A DNA stretch of 64,000 bases from Candidatus Poribacteria bacterium (GCA_963663765.2 CAXXUA010000013.1:480001-544000); one strand, 5' to 3'. Positions 38,381 through 48,971 are shown, counted from the stretch's first letter. A program made the numbers and translations. The notes: generated by a model not told the origin, from the sequence alone.

Positions 38381-41092
38381 ATGACGCAGAAAATGTATAT
38401 TGATGGAGTTGAGGTCGCTTTTACTGAGGGTGAAACGATCCTTGAAGTAGCACAACGACACCAAAAAGAGATTCCAACACTTTGCTATGACCCGCGGTTG
38501 GAACCGTTTGGCGGCTGCCGTCTATGCATCGTTGCATTAGAAGGCGCCAGAAATCCTGTGGCAGCATGCACAACAAAAGCCACTTCTGGAATGGTTGTCA
38601 GCACAACAAATGATACGATCGAAACACTACGTAAGACACTACTTGAAATGGTAATCGGTGAGAACCGTGAAGTAGATGTCCACTCATTACGCGGTTATGC
38701 ATCAAATGAACTCGCAAACCTTAGAGACATATACGAGATAAAAGAACCAGAAATATCTGGGACAACATCAGGGACGAATAAAACTGATGATAACCCATTC
38801 ATCTTAAGAGATTACGAGTTATGTATTTCCTGTTATAGGTGTGTCCGTGTTTGTGCTGAACAGGAAGGTGACCACGCCATCAATGTCATGAACCGTGGTT
38901 TTCACACGCAAATTACGACTGAATTTGATGGGTTACTCAAAGACTCTGCCTGCACGTTTTGCGGTCAATGTATTCAAACATGTCCAACCGGCGCACTGGC
39001 TGATAAGAAGGCACTACGTGCCGTTGAAGCAGACGCTGATTCCGTACTAAACAAGACAAGAACCATTTGTCCCTATTGTGGTGTAGGTTGCTCTGTTGAC
39101 ATACTAACTACTGAAGATAAAATAGTAGGTATTCATCCCGCAATGGACGGACCTGCCAATCAAGGTGCGTTGTGTGTAAAAGGCCAGTTTGCCTATGATT
39201 TTGTGCAACATCCTGACCGATTGAAAACACCCCTTATGCGGGATAAAGATGGTAAATTCCAGGAAACAACATGGGATAAGGCACTTGATAAAGCTGCTGA
39301 AGGTTTCAAAAAAGTTCACGAGAAACATGGAAGACATAGTATTTACGGTATCGCATCTGGACGTGCACCAAGCGAAGCAGCGTATCTGATGCAGAAATTC
39401 ATTCGTGCTGGATTCGGGACGAATTATATTGACAATTGCAGCCGTGCCTGACACGCACCTACCGTTGCCGGTCTGGCAGCGACGATCGGACGTGGGGCAA
39501 TGTCTAATCCAATTGTTGACATGCAGAAACCCGATGTCATCTTCTGTATCGGCACGAATATGACCGAATGTCATCCCGTTGCAGCAACTGGTTTGAAAAA
39601 GGCTATAACAAACGGAGCGAAACTCATCGTAGCTGACCCCAGACGAATCGGGTTAGCAGAATTATCACACCTCTATATGCCACTGCGTGTAGGGTCAGAC
39701 ACTGCACTACTTCTCGGCATGGCGCATGTTATCGCCCGTGAAGGTCTGATTGATGAGGATTTCATAGAAGAACGCACCACAGGTTTTGATGACTTCTTTG
39801 AACACATTAGCCAGTGGACACCTGAATGGGCAGAAACAATTACGGGAGTACCTGCCAAGGATATTGAAACAGCAGCAATGTGGTATGGGGCATCAAGTAA
39901 AGCCGCTATCTACTACACACTCGGAATCACAGAACATATTTGCGGTGTGGAAAACGTCCAAAGTCTTTGTAACCTTGCACTGATGACAGGTAATATTGGA
40001 CGCGAAGGAACTGGCATCAACCCGATGCGCGGTCAAAACAACATTCAGGGGGCAGGTGACAGCGGGGCGTTACCAAACAATTATCCCGGTTTTCAGTCCG
40101 TTACCGACCCTAAACATCAAGAGAAATTCAAAGCAGCTTATGGTAAAGAAATTGATCTTGAAAAAGGTATCACAAAAGTCACTGCTTTAGAACTATGCGG
40201 TGATAGCATCCACGCTATGCTAATTGATGGGGAAAACACATTACTCTCCGACCCTGACCGAAAACATTGTGAACATGCACTCCGTTCTTTAGACCATCTT
40301 GTCGTCATTGACATCTTCCTGACTGAAACAGCCGAACTTGCGGATGTTGTTTTGCCAGCAACTGCATGGGGTGAAACAGATGGTATCTGCACAAATACCG
40401 AACGACGTGTGCAAAGAATGCGGGCTGCTGTGTCTCCCACTGGTGATGCAAAACCTGATTGGTGGATAATCTGTGAAATCGCTAAACGACTTGGAATTAA
40501 TGGTTTTGATTATGACACGCCGAAACCAATCTTCAATGAACTGTGTCGTCTATCCCCGATATATGCTGGATTAGATTGGGATCGCATTGAAAACGGTGTT
40601 ACGGATACCATAAATAATCAGTGGCCTGTCCCAGACAAGGAACACCCCGGAACACCTCGGCTTCACGAAAAGGAATTTGTCAACGGTAAAGGCATTTTTT
40701 CTAATGTTAACTACCGTGATCCCGCAGAGACAATCAGCGGCGATTTCCCCGTATGGTTGACAACAGGAAGACGATTACAATCTTATCATACACGCACACA
40801 AACCGGTAGAGCACACGGGATTGATTATCTATTACCAGAGGAATCGCTTGAAGTGAATCCTGCTGATATTGAAAAATGGCAATTAGTTGATGGTGAATGG
40901 TGTAAAATGAGTAGCGCGCGCGGGAGCATCAATATCAAAGTTAAAGCCACAAACCGTTCACCGCGTGGCACAGTCTTTGCAAGTTTCAGTTTCGCGGAAG
41001 TACCAGTCAATCAATTAACAGGTTCAGGTTACGATCCCATCACACACACCGCAGAATTGAAAGTGTGTCCAGTAAAATTAGAACCTTTGTAA
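38381..41092 (+). CDS. fdhF: Selenocysteine-containing formate dehydrogenase alpha subunit (Mo/W-bisPGD) with N-terminal Fe-S domains, 903 aa
   Basis: ORFs 38381..39451 and 39500..41092 are in the same frame; DNCSRA-UGA-HAPTVAGL matches the FdhF active site; CPYCGVGC, PMRGQNNIQG. Confidence 0.93.
39449..39481 (+). promoter_or_regulatory. Sec UGA codon plus bacterial SECIS hairpin
   Basis: TGA 39449-39451; 11 nt later CGTTGCC-GGTCT-GGCAGCG stem-loop (39463-39481), like the E. coli fdhF SECIS. Confidence 0.88.
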
Positions 41093-41102
41093 GGAGTGTA
41101 TT

Positions 41103-41408
41103 ATGAAATGGAAATCAAGTTGGATTGAAGAAAATGAAAATGTTGAAAAACTAACTAAGCAGTTGCAGTCCGAAGGTTTTGACGCATACCAATGGACAGG
41201 ACGTCCTGGCGGTGCTTACCTTGATTATATCCACAGCCAAGATGAGGTTGTTTGCGTGTTATCTGGCACGGCAGATGTGAAAGTGGCTGATGAAACCGAC
41301 ACCCTCAAACGAGGTGACCGTGTTGATGTTCCTGCAAACACATATCACTCGCTTACTGTAACAAGTAAGGAATCTCTTGTCGTGTTGACTGGTATGCGCA
41401 AATCTTGA
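41103..41408 (+). CDS. Small cupin-domain protein
   Basis: HSQDEVVCVLSG and GDRVDVPANTYH cupin motifs; SD AAGGAG. Confidence 0.85.
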   Translation: MKWKSSWIEENENVEKLTKQLQSEGFDAYQWTGRPGGAYLDYIHSQDEVVCVLSGTADVKVADETDTLKRGDRVDVPANTYHSLTVTSKESLVVLTGMRKS

Positions 41409-41515
41409 AAGTAATATATTCGTAAGTATATGTTGCCAGATCTATTTTACTTGATATTGTATTGAAAGTAAATGTATACTTATTGGTGGATTACTTGAAA
41501 TATGGAAGGTGCATT

Positions 41516-42130
41516 ATGGCTTATAGGAACAAATTTTATCTCAGCTTTGATAGCAACAATGACGTTCATTATTATTGGCTGATGCGTGCGTGGTTGCAGG
41601 ATGATGGAACGAAATTTGATTTTTGCGACGCTCATGATATAAACATGTCGGATAACACTAATTTAGAATTGCCTATCAGACAAGTTCTAAAAAATCAACT
41701 TCTGCAATCTAAAGCCTTCGTTATTTTGATTGGGGAAAGGACACGGTATCTACAGTTTGTACGTTGGGAGATTGAAGAAACTTTAGAATTACATTTACCG
41801 ATAATTTGTGTTAACTTGAACGGTTTCAGACATCGGGACCCTATAAGATGTCCATCCATTATCAGTGAAAAACTTTCGGTTCATATTAATTTTGATGCTG
41901 TTGTTTTACAGCATGCATTAGAAACCTGGCCAGCACGGCACACTTCTCTCAAACAAGAAGGAAATTCAAGCCCATACTATTATACACAGAATGACTATGT
42001 TAAGTTAGGTTTGGGTACAACTGATAAGGAAATGCAAAACCAAAGGTGTGCTAATAAGGAGAAGGGATTTTTGAAAAAAGTTCCACGATGGGGATCGCGC
42101 CTACGATTGCAGAATACCGAGAAACTTTAA
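41516..42130 (+). CDS. thsB: MTH538/ThsB-like TIR domain protein (Thoeris)
   Basis: MAYRNKFYLSFD..DVHYY.LMRAW, DAHD, VILIGERT, VRWEIE (catalytic Glu), LPIICVNLNG. Confidence 0.8.
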   Translation: MAYRNKFYLSFDSNNDVHYYWLMRAWLQDDGTKFDFCDAHDINMSDNTNLELPIRQVLKNQLLQSKAFVILIGERTRYLQFVRWEIEETLELHLPIICVNLNGFRHRDPIRCPSIISEKLSVHINFDAVVLQHALETWPARHTSLKQEGNSSPYYYTQNDYVKLGLGTTDKEMQNQRCANKEKGFLKKVPRWGSRLRLQNTEKL

Positions 42131-42134
42131 CTTT

Positions 42135-43076
42135 ATGAGATTGCCCATCTACCTTTCAAAACGACATTTAAAGAATTGCCGTAAGTATATAATAACGGTA
42201 ATAACAACTGCTTGTTATGTGTATAGCGGGTGTTGGTTATCAATTGAGATTTTGTCTCATTTCCGTCCTACATTTGAGCAATGGTCTCGTGGCAACCATC
42301 AAATGTTTGTGATCATTGTTTTGATAGGTTTAGTAATTGGCGTTTTTCACTTTCTTCAAAAATGTGTTAAAACGCTTGCAGTAAGTCACAAATTAGAAGG
42401 ACAAGATATTTCAATAGAAATCCGAGTCGGCAGTATTTTTAATGTTGATGGATCTTTCGTCATTAGTACAAATACAACGTTTGATACAGATATGTCGGAG
42501 GGTCCGATTACACCACGAAGTTTGCAAGGACAATTCACAAATAAATACTATAGCAATTCAGCTCACCTTGAACAAGATTTAACAAACGCCCTGAATAATG
42601 AAGAAAATGTTGTGTATAATAACGAGCAAACTGAAAAAACACAATATGAAGTCGGCACAGTGGTCAAAATATCTGTAGAAGAACAGATTGCCTATTTCGT
42701 TGCGATTGACGAAGTGAAAGAACTTTCAGGCATTGAAAGTTCACTTGATAATGTAAGAAAAGGTTTAGGAAGTCTTTGGTATTATGTTGGTAAACAAGGT
42801 GTATTAGATGCACTTGTAATACCTGTGTTAGGGACCGGGCATTCTGGAATTCCAGTGTCAAGGGAACAAATGATATTGGAAATAATTACATCGTTTATTG
42901 CGGGTTGTACTGAGAAAAAATTCTGTGAAGAACTGACAATAGTAATTTCAGAGGATGATTACCGAAAACATGATATTGCTTTAGAAGATTTAGGTTCTTA
43001 TCTTAAACTTTACTGCCGCGAAGTACATTTGAAAACGTACGACATTGTTTCCCCAGTAGATAATCCTATTTATTGA
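42135..43076 (+). CDS. thsA: Two-TM + macro-domain protein (type II Thoeris ThsA-like)
   Basis: Two N-terminal hydrophobic helices; IEIRVGSIF, VISTNTTFDT, SLQGQF, YEVGTV, IPVLGTGHSG. Confidence 0.75.
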   Translation: MRLPIYLSKRHLKNCRKYIITVITTACYVYSGCWLSIEILSHFRPTFEQWSRGNHQMFVIIVLIGLVIGVFHFLQKCVKTLAVSHKLEGQDISIEIRVGSIFNVDGSFVISTNTTFDTDMSEGPITPRSLQGQFTNKYYSNSAHLEQDLTNALNNEENVVYNNEQTEKTQYEVGTVVKISVEEQIAYFVAIDEVKELSGIESSLDNVRKGLGSLWYYVGKQGVLDALVIPVLGTGHSGIPVSREQMILEIITSFIAGCTEKKFCEELTIVISEDDYRKHDIALEDLGSYLKLYCREVHLKTYDIVSPVDNPIY

Positions 43077-43294
43077 TGAGGGGTGTGCTCAAGTAATTCA
43101 ATGTCAAAGGTGTGTCTAAAGGTAGTAGGCATGTGACTGACAAGTGCTGAAATAGATTTAGATAGGCACAATAAATTGTGCACCTATAAAATCATTTCAG
43201 AATCAATAAGATACTCGAAATACGTAATTGTTTGTATTACAGCTTAGTATAATTATGCACACCTCTTAAATGAAAGTAACAGAAAGGAATATTT

Positions 43295-44782
43295 ATGAAT
43301 ATTACTGTTGAAACTGGTGATTTTCGCCAAACAGAAACTGACGCAATACTCATCCCAATACTTGAAGATGACATGCACAATGAATTACTCTTGATAGCAG
43401 ATGCTGCTTTAGAAGGACGCATCCAAGCATTTCTAAATCTGGGCGACTTCAAAGGAAAACCCAAGACATCAAGTGTGCTTTATACAAACGGTGCTATCAA
43501 GTCACCACGTATTATTCTGATAGGTTTGGGAAATTACGCAGAAATCACCGCAGAAAAGGTGCGTCAAGTCGCAGGATATACCGCACGTCAAGCGCGTGAT
43601 ATGGGACTAAAATCACTCACAATGCCACTCCCACCAGAAACACAAGACGATTGGACACAAGCAGCTGTTGAGGCAGCTCTCCTATCACTCTATGAGTTTA
43701 AAGAACACAAAACGCAATGTGACGACAAGGATGCTGAAGACAAATCGCTTGACTCATTGACATTTCTTGTTGGTAGCGATACAGAAAAGTCGTTAATAGA
43801 ACCCATCGTAGAACGTGGACGAACCATTGCAAACGGCACTATGCTTGCTCGCGATCTCAGCAATCAACCCGGGAACCATCTGACACCGACACAACTGGCT
43901 AAGAAAGCACAAGAGGTGGCTGAGGCAACGGGACTCAACTGCACAGTTTTTGACAAAGCAACCCTTGAGGAGAAAGGATTTCGCACACTGTTGGCTGTCG
44001 CACAAGGTAGCGCAGAAGAACCCCGGTTTATCATTTTGGAATACACACCTGAAGGTGAAGAACGTGATACCGTTGCCCTTGTAGGAAAAGGCATTACCTT
44101 TGATACGGGTGGAATTTCACTAAAGTCAGGTAAGGGTATGGACGAAATGAAGCACGATATGTCCGGTGCTGCAGCAGTTCTTGGTGCAATGCAAGTTATT
44201 GGACATATAAAACCGAACGTACGGGTTATCGGTGTGATAGCAACGACCGAGAACATGCCCGGATCAACTGCGATAAAGCCTGGAGATGTTGTCACCTCCT
44301 ACAGTGGCAAGACCATTGAGATTATGAATACCGATGCTGAAGGTCGGTTGATTTTGGCAGACGCGCTTGCATGGACTGCACAGTATGAACCCAACGGTGT
44401 CATAGACTTAGCCACACTCACTGGTGCTGTCATCGCGTGTCTTGGTCACATCGCAGCGGGGGCAATGGGAACAGATGACGCACTCATGGAAAAGGTGAAG
44501 AATGCTGCCGAAAAAACACACGAACGCGTATGGGAATTACCACTTTGGGAAGACTACGATGAAGGCGTTAAAAGTAAGGTTGCCGATGTGCAGAACATTG
44601 GTGATGGCACTGCTGGCACACTTGCAGGTGGCGCATTTCTGAAGAAATTTGCTGAAGGATACCCCTGGGTACACTTGGATATTGCAGGCACTGCATGGGG
44701 TGTGAAGGGTTCAACATATATCCCTGAAACTGCTTCCGGATACGGAGTGCGGTTGTTAGTACAAATGATTGAAGACTGGTAG
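43295..44782 (+). CDS. pepA: Leucyl aminopeptidase (M17)
   Basis: VGKGITFDTGGISLK, MKHDMSGAA, NTDAEGRL, HLDIAGT. Confidence 0.97.
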   Translation: MNITVETGDFRQTETDAILIPILEDDMHNELLLIADAALEGRIQAFLNLGDFKGKPKTSSVLYTNGAIKSPRIILIGLGNYAEITAEKVRQVAGYTARQARDMGLKSLTMPLPPETQDDWTQAAVEAALLSLYEFKEHKTQCDDKDAEDKSLDSLTFLVGSDTEKSLIEPIVERGRTIANGTMLARDLSNQPGNHLTPTQLAKKAQEVAEATGLNCTVFDKATLEEKGFRTLLAVAQGSAEEPRFIILEYTPEGEERDTVALVGKGITFDTGGISLKSGKGMDEMKHDMSGAAAVLGAMQVIGHIKPNVRVIGVIATTENMPGSTAIKPGDVVTSYSGKTIEIMNTDAEGRLILADALAWTAQYEPNGVIDLATLTGAVIACLGHIAAGAMGTDDALMEKVKNAAEKTHERVWELPLWEDYDEGVKSKVADVQNIGDGTAGTLAGGAFLKKFAEGYPWVHLDIAGTAWGVKGSTYIPETASGYGVRLLVQMIEDW

Positions 44783-44831
44783 AATATTTACTTATGCAAG
44801 TATTATTCTTGAAACTCAATAGAAGACATTG

Positions 44832-45791
44832 ATGCAACTAAAAGAAAATAAAATTAAATATCTACAAACAGATATTTTCGCTTCAACTCAAAAAGATCTG
44901 TTTTTGTATTCACTCAGAAGCCAAGGTAAGTATAAATACGCGCGTTACAGAGGACTCCCACTGCGGTATGCTGGTGGGAAAAGTCTTGGGGTAGGGTATA
45001 TTTTAGAGCAAATCCCCAATAGATTGGAAAAACTTGTATCACCATTTATGGGGGGTGGTGCTGTTGAAATTGCATGTGCAAAAGAACTCAATATACCAGT
45101 TTGTGCTTATGACATCTTTGACATCCTCACCAACTATTGGCAAATTCAACTTTCTTCTGGCTGTGATTTAGCAGAGGAACTTGCACAATGGCAACCTACA
45201 AAAGAACAGTATACTGAGATAAAGAGTCACCTTAAAGCACATTGGACAGGTGAAAAACTCATCACCGATCCATTAGTATTAGCCTCACATTATTGGTTTA
45301 ATCACAATCTCTCTTACGGACCAGGTTTTCTCGGATGGATGTCAAAGATATATGAATCAGTTGAAAAATATGAACGGTCGCAGCTGATAGTGAGGAATTT
45401 CAGGTGTCCGAATTTGTCTGTCAAGACTGGACGATTTGAGGAAACGCTCCCATTACATACAGATGATTTTCTGTATTGCGACCCACCCTATTATCTTGAT
45501 GAAGGGGAAATGTTTCGTGGTATCTATCCGCAGCGAAACTTCCCTGTCCACCACAAGGGCTTTAACCATGTGTTGTTGCGTGATTTACTCCATAGTCACA
45601 ATTCAGGATTCGTCCTTTCATATAACGATTGCAATACAATCCGTAAATGGTATTCTGACTACAGAATCCTTGAAGTCGCATGGCAATACACTTTGGGACA
45701 AGGGGAAACACGGATTGGAAAAAATCGCAGCGAAAATGGCACAAACCATGTTAAGCGATCCCATGAACTATTGATTGTAAAGGATTATTAA
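44832..45791 (+). CDS. Dam-like (D12 class) DNA adenine methyltransferase, orphan
   Basis: PLRYAGGKS, SPFMGGGAV, YCDPPY, LSYN. Confidence 0.9.
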   Translation: MQLKENKIKYLQTDIFASTQKDLFLYSLRSQGKYKYARYRGLPLRYAGGKSLGVGYILEQIPNRLEKLVSPFMGGGAVEIACAKELNIPVCAYDIFDILTNYWQIQLSSGCDLAEELAQWQPTKEQYTEIKSHLKAHWTGEKLITDPLVLASHYWFNHNLSYGPGFLGWMSKIYESVEKYERSQLIVRNFRCPNLSVKTGRFEETLPLHTDDFLYCDPPYYLDEGEMFRGIYPQRNFPVHHKGFNHVLLRDLLHSHNSGFVLSYNDCNTIRKWYSDYRILEVAWQYTLGQGETRIGKNRSENGTNHVKRSHELLIVKDY

Positions 45792-45794
45792 GTC

Positions 45795-47363
45795 TTAGCC
45801 TTCTGAACGGAGTTGAATGAGTTTATTGACGGCGTGGATATACGCCTTAGCACTTGCTTCAATAATATCTGTGCTTGCACCATGACCTGTAATGATGTGT
45901 CCGTTGTCTTGTACCTTCAGCGAGACTTCACCAATCGCATCTTCACCCTCTGTTACAGACCGAATCTGATAATCAATTAGATTGAGTTTGATTTTGACAA
46001 TTTGATTAATTGCTTTGAAGGCTGCATCAACAGGACCATCACCAGTAGATGCGTTTTCAACGATTCCCTCTTCCGTGCGAATACCGATAGTGGTTGTTGG
46101 TGAAATCTTCGTCCCACTAACAACTTGGATGTAATCCAATTCAAAAACTGAAGGTATCACTCGAATCTCGTCACTCATAATTGCTTCAAGATCGGCATCA
46201 TGTATCTCTTTTTTCTTATCCGCTAAACTTAGGAATCTTTCGTATACCTTCTCTAACTGCTCTTGATCCAGTTCATAGCCGAGTTCATTAAGTTTGTGTC
46301 TCAGGGCATTTCTACCGGAACGAGGGCTGAGTATGAGTTGACTCTCTTTCCAACCAATCTCTTGCGGGTCAATGATTTCAAATGTGACACGCGACTTGAT
46401 GATCCCATCCTGATGTATCCCAGAACTGTGTGCAAATGCATTTTCCCCAACGATAGCCTTATTCGGTTGCACAATAATCCCCATAGTCCGGCTGACTCGT
46501 CGACTAATTGGCACAATTTCTTTTGCATTAATTTCGGTATAATAACCCTTATAGTAATCTCGACGGGTTCGTATCGCCATCACCACCTCTTCTAAGGAGG
46601 TGTTCCCAGCACGTTCACCAAGACCGTTGATAGTGCACTCTACTTGCCTTGCCCCGTTCTCAATTGCGATAAGACTATTTGCAACAGCTAATCCCAAATC
46701 GTTATGGCAGTGAACACTAATGACTGCATCATCTATATTTGAAACGTTTTCCTTAATTCCTGCAATGAGTCCGCCAAATTCGGAGGGTACCGTCCAACCA
46801 ACAGTTTCAGGGATATTTACGACAGTTGCACCCTCAGCGATAGTTGCTTCAACCACTTTATAGAGATACGATAATTCAGTGCGACCCGCATCCATCGGTG
46901 AAAACTCAACTGTCGCATCAGGATGATCTTTGCATAAACTTTTTGCATAAGCGACAGCATCCACTGCCATTTCCAAAGTTCTTTCTGGAGTTGTTCGCGT
47001 AATGCGTTCCATGTGAATGTTTGATGTACCAACAAAGGTATGGATTCGGGCACGTTGTGCGTCCTGAATGGCTTTCCAAGCAGCCGTAATGTCTTTTTCG
47101 ACGACGCGTGAAAGCGCACAAATTTCTGGTCCCTTGACTTCATGCGCAATGCGTTGCACAGCATCAAAATCACCCGGAGACGAAATTGGAAATCCTGCTT
47201 CTATTACATCTACATTTAATCTTGCAAGGTGCTTGGCAATTTCAAACTTTTCTTCAATACCCAATGCAGCACCGGGTGTTTGTTCAGCGTCGCGGAGTGT
47301 TGTATCAAAAATGTAGACCTTTTCTTGGTTAGATGCGAAATCTTCCACGGTTGTGTCCTCCAA
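45795..47363 (-). CDS. leuA: 2-isopropylmalate synthase
   Basis: IFDTTLRDAEQ, HCHNDLG, GERAGN, HSSGIHQDG, C-terminal regulatory GDGPVDA. Confidence 0.95.
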   Translation of the reverse strand: MEDTTVEDFASNQEKVYIFDTTLRDAEQTPGAALGIEEKFEIAKHLARLNVDVIEAGFPISSPGDFDAVQRIAHEVKGPEICALSRVVEKDITAAWKAIQDAQRARIHTFVGTSNIHMERITRTTPERTLEMAVDAVAYAKSLCKDHPDATVEFSPMDAGRTELSYLYKVVEATIAEGATVVNIPETVGWTVPSEFGGLIAGIKENVSNIDDAVISVHCHNDLGLAVANSLIAIENGARQVECTINGLGERAGNTSLEEVVMAIRTRRDYYKGYYTEINAKEIVPISRRVSRTMGIIVQPNKAIVGENAFAHSSGIHQDGIIKSRVTFEIIDPQEIGWKESQLILSPRSGRNALRHKLNELGYELDQEQLEKVYERFLSLADKKKEIHDADLEAIMSDEIRVIPSVFELDYIQVVSGTKISPTTTIGIRTEEGIVENASTGDGPVDAAFKAINQIVKIKLNLIDYQIRSVTEGEDAIGEVSLKVQDNGHIITGHGASTDIIEASAKAYIHAVNKLIQLRSEG

Positions 47364-47428
47364 AGATTAACACGTACATTGGCAATATAATATCTAAATC
47401 ATGAAAAACAATAAAAATAGTCTTTCTA

Positions 47429-48445
47429 TTATATCTCTCGTCCAACTGCAATAGCGATCGGTTTTAGTTCCTGCATGAGTTTTTGGAATTGATCTGGGAA
47501 CAGAGATTGTGCTCCGTCACCCGTCATAGAATTATCCGGGTCGTGATGCACTTCTAATAAGAGTCCATCTGCGCCGGCAGCGACCGACGCTTTTGTCATA
47601 TCACTCACGAGACCACGGATACCAGTACCGTGACTGGGATCAACGACAATCGGAAGATGACTTAATTGATGAATTACTGGCACTGCGTTAAGGTCAAGTG
47701 TATTACGTGTATGTGTTTCAAAGGTGCGGATTCCACGTTCACAGAGAATAACATCTGAATTCCCTTCAGAGAGTATATATTCTGCTGCAAGTAGCCACTC
47801 TTCAAATGTGGCAGACATGCCTCTCTTCAAGATGACTGGTTTCTTTGCGCGTCCCACTTCTCGCAACAGATAGAAATTGGTCATATTTCGTGTACCAAGT
47901 TGAAAAATATCGGTGTGTTCTCCGACCAGATCCACTTCATTCGGTGTCATTACTTCAGTGACGATGCCTAAGCCAGTTTCCTGTTTGGCGGTTACTAACA
48001 TCTTTAAAGCTTCTTCCCCAAAACCTTGGAAACTATAGGGACCGGTGCGAGGTTTAAAGGCACCACCTCTAATAAATTCTGCTCCAGCCTTTTTCACTTG
48101 TTTAGCAATAGTCACTATCTGTTCAGTACTTTCCACGGCACATGGTCCAGCCATCACTGAAAGTTTGCGTCCACCAATCTTGGTGCCATTGACAGCGATA
48201 ACCGTGGGAGTGCCTCTAAACTGACGACAGGCAAGTTTATAAGGAGCAGTGATTGGCATGGTCCTTTCAACGCCAGACATGGACTCCATCGGAATATCGC
48301 CTAACAATGTTTTGTCTCCTATTACACCGATGATGGTGCGTGTTTCGCCAATTGTTATCTGTGCTTTCAACCCTACACCTTCAATCCTCTTGACAATTGC
48401 GTTGATCTGATCAGAAGTTGCATCCGGTTTAGTAACGATTACCAT
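47429..48445 (-). CDS. aroF: DAHP synthase type I-beta with N-terminal ACT-like regulatory domain
   Basis: AGPCAVE, GGAFKPRT, LKRG, CERGIRTFE, DPSHGTG. Confidence 0.95.
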   Translation of the reverse strand: MVIVTKPDATSDQINAIVKRIEGVGLKAQITIGETRTIIGVIGDKTLLGDIPMESMSGVERTMPITAPYKLACRQFRGTPTVIAVNGTKIGGRKLSVMAGPCAVESTEQIVTIAKQVKKAGAEFIRGGAFKPRTGPYSFQGFGEEALKMLVTAKQETGLGIVTEVMTPNEVDLVGEHTDIFQLGTRNMTNFYLLREVGRAKKPVILKRGMSATFEEWLLAAEYILSEGNSDVILCERGIRTFETHTRNTLDLNAVPVIHQLSHLPIVVDPSHGTGIRGLVSDMTKASVAAGADGLLLEVHHDPDNSMTGDGAQSLFPDQFQKLMQELKPIAIAVGREI

Positions 48446-48501
48446 ATTCTTGAATTCCCTCCGACAACATCCGTTTGTAATTACAATGTTGGATAATTGA
48501 T

Positions 48502-48540
48502 AAAAAATAACCCAACATCGAAATACTCTCGACGCTGGGT
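48502..48540 (-). terminator. Intrinsic terminator of the aroF attenuator
   Basis: - strand ACCCAGCGTCGA-GAGTATT-TCGATGTTGGGT then TATTTTTT, 57 nt before the aroF start. Confidence 0.85.
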
Positions 48541-48586
48541 AGTGATGAATGAGACCAATTAATACATTTTCAATTGAACTTTAGAA

Positions 48587-48703
48587 CTAACACCACCTAC
48601 CGTCGGAGTACCTAAACGGGTACAACCGGAACGTAAACAACGTCCAAAGGTAAAATAAAAAACTAAATATTGTATAGATGGTAGTGTGTTCAAGCTTTTG
48701 CAT
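48587..48703 (-). CDS. Attenuator leader peptide, 38 aa: MQKLEHTTIYTIFSFLFYLWTLFTFRLYPFRYSDGRWC
   Basis: 6 Phe, 4 Tyr, 2 Trp, 5 Leu; AAGG upstream; 3' end overlaps the antiterminator strand; below the ORF-track length cutoff. Confidence 0.8.
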   Translation of the reverse strand: MQKLEHTTIYTIFSFLFYLWTLFTFRLYPFRYSDGRWC

Positions 48704-48971
48704 TACAGAAAAACCTTCGTACCTAATTTTAAAGTACGTTCTCTATAAACATATTAACGTTCAACTAAACGATTCGTTTAAATAAAAATGAAATTATTTT
48801 TTATATTATAACATATTTACATTGTTAAGTCAACTATTATTAATATTGCAGGCATATTCAGTTCTAAGAGTTTTCTGTTATTGAGATTTACTGAAAGTTA
48901 ATACACAGGTTCGGTTTCCTAACCGAACTTTATACATCAATTTTAGATTATTGAAACATGAACATCGCTCT

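Noticed and set aside
39449-39451. FDH as a nonsense-mutated pseudogene or two separate genes
   Set aside because: The TGA is at the conserved Sec/Cys ligand, both parts share a frame, and a SECIS follows
39104-39574. 156-aa antisense ORF and similar shadow ORFs (e.g. 8532..8978, 43864..44295, 1651..2070)
   Set aside because: Antisense to well-supported genes; explained by codon bias
48593-48607. CCTACCGTC in the aroF leader as a REP copy
   Set aside because: No REP hairpin follows; better explained as the antiterminator strand
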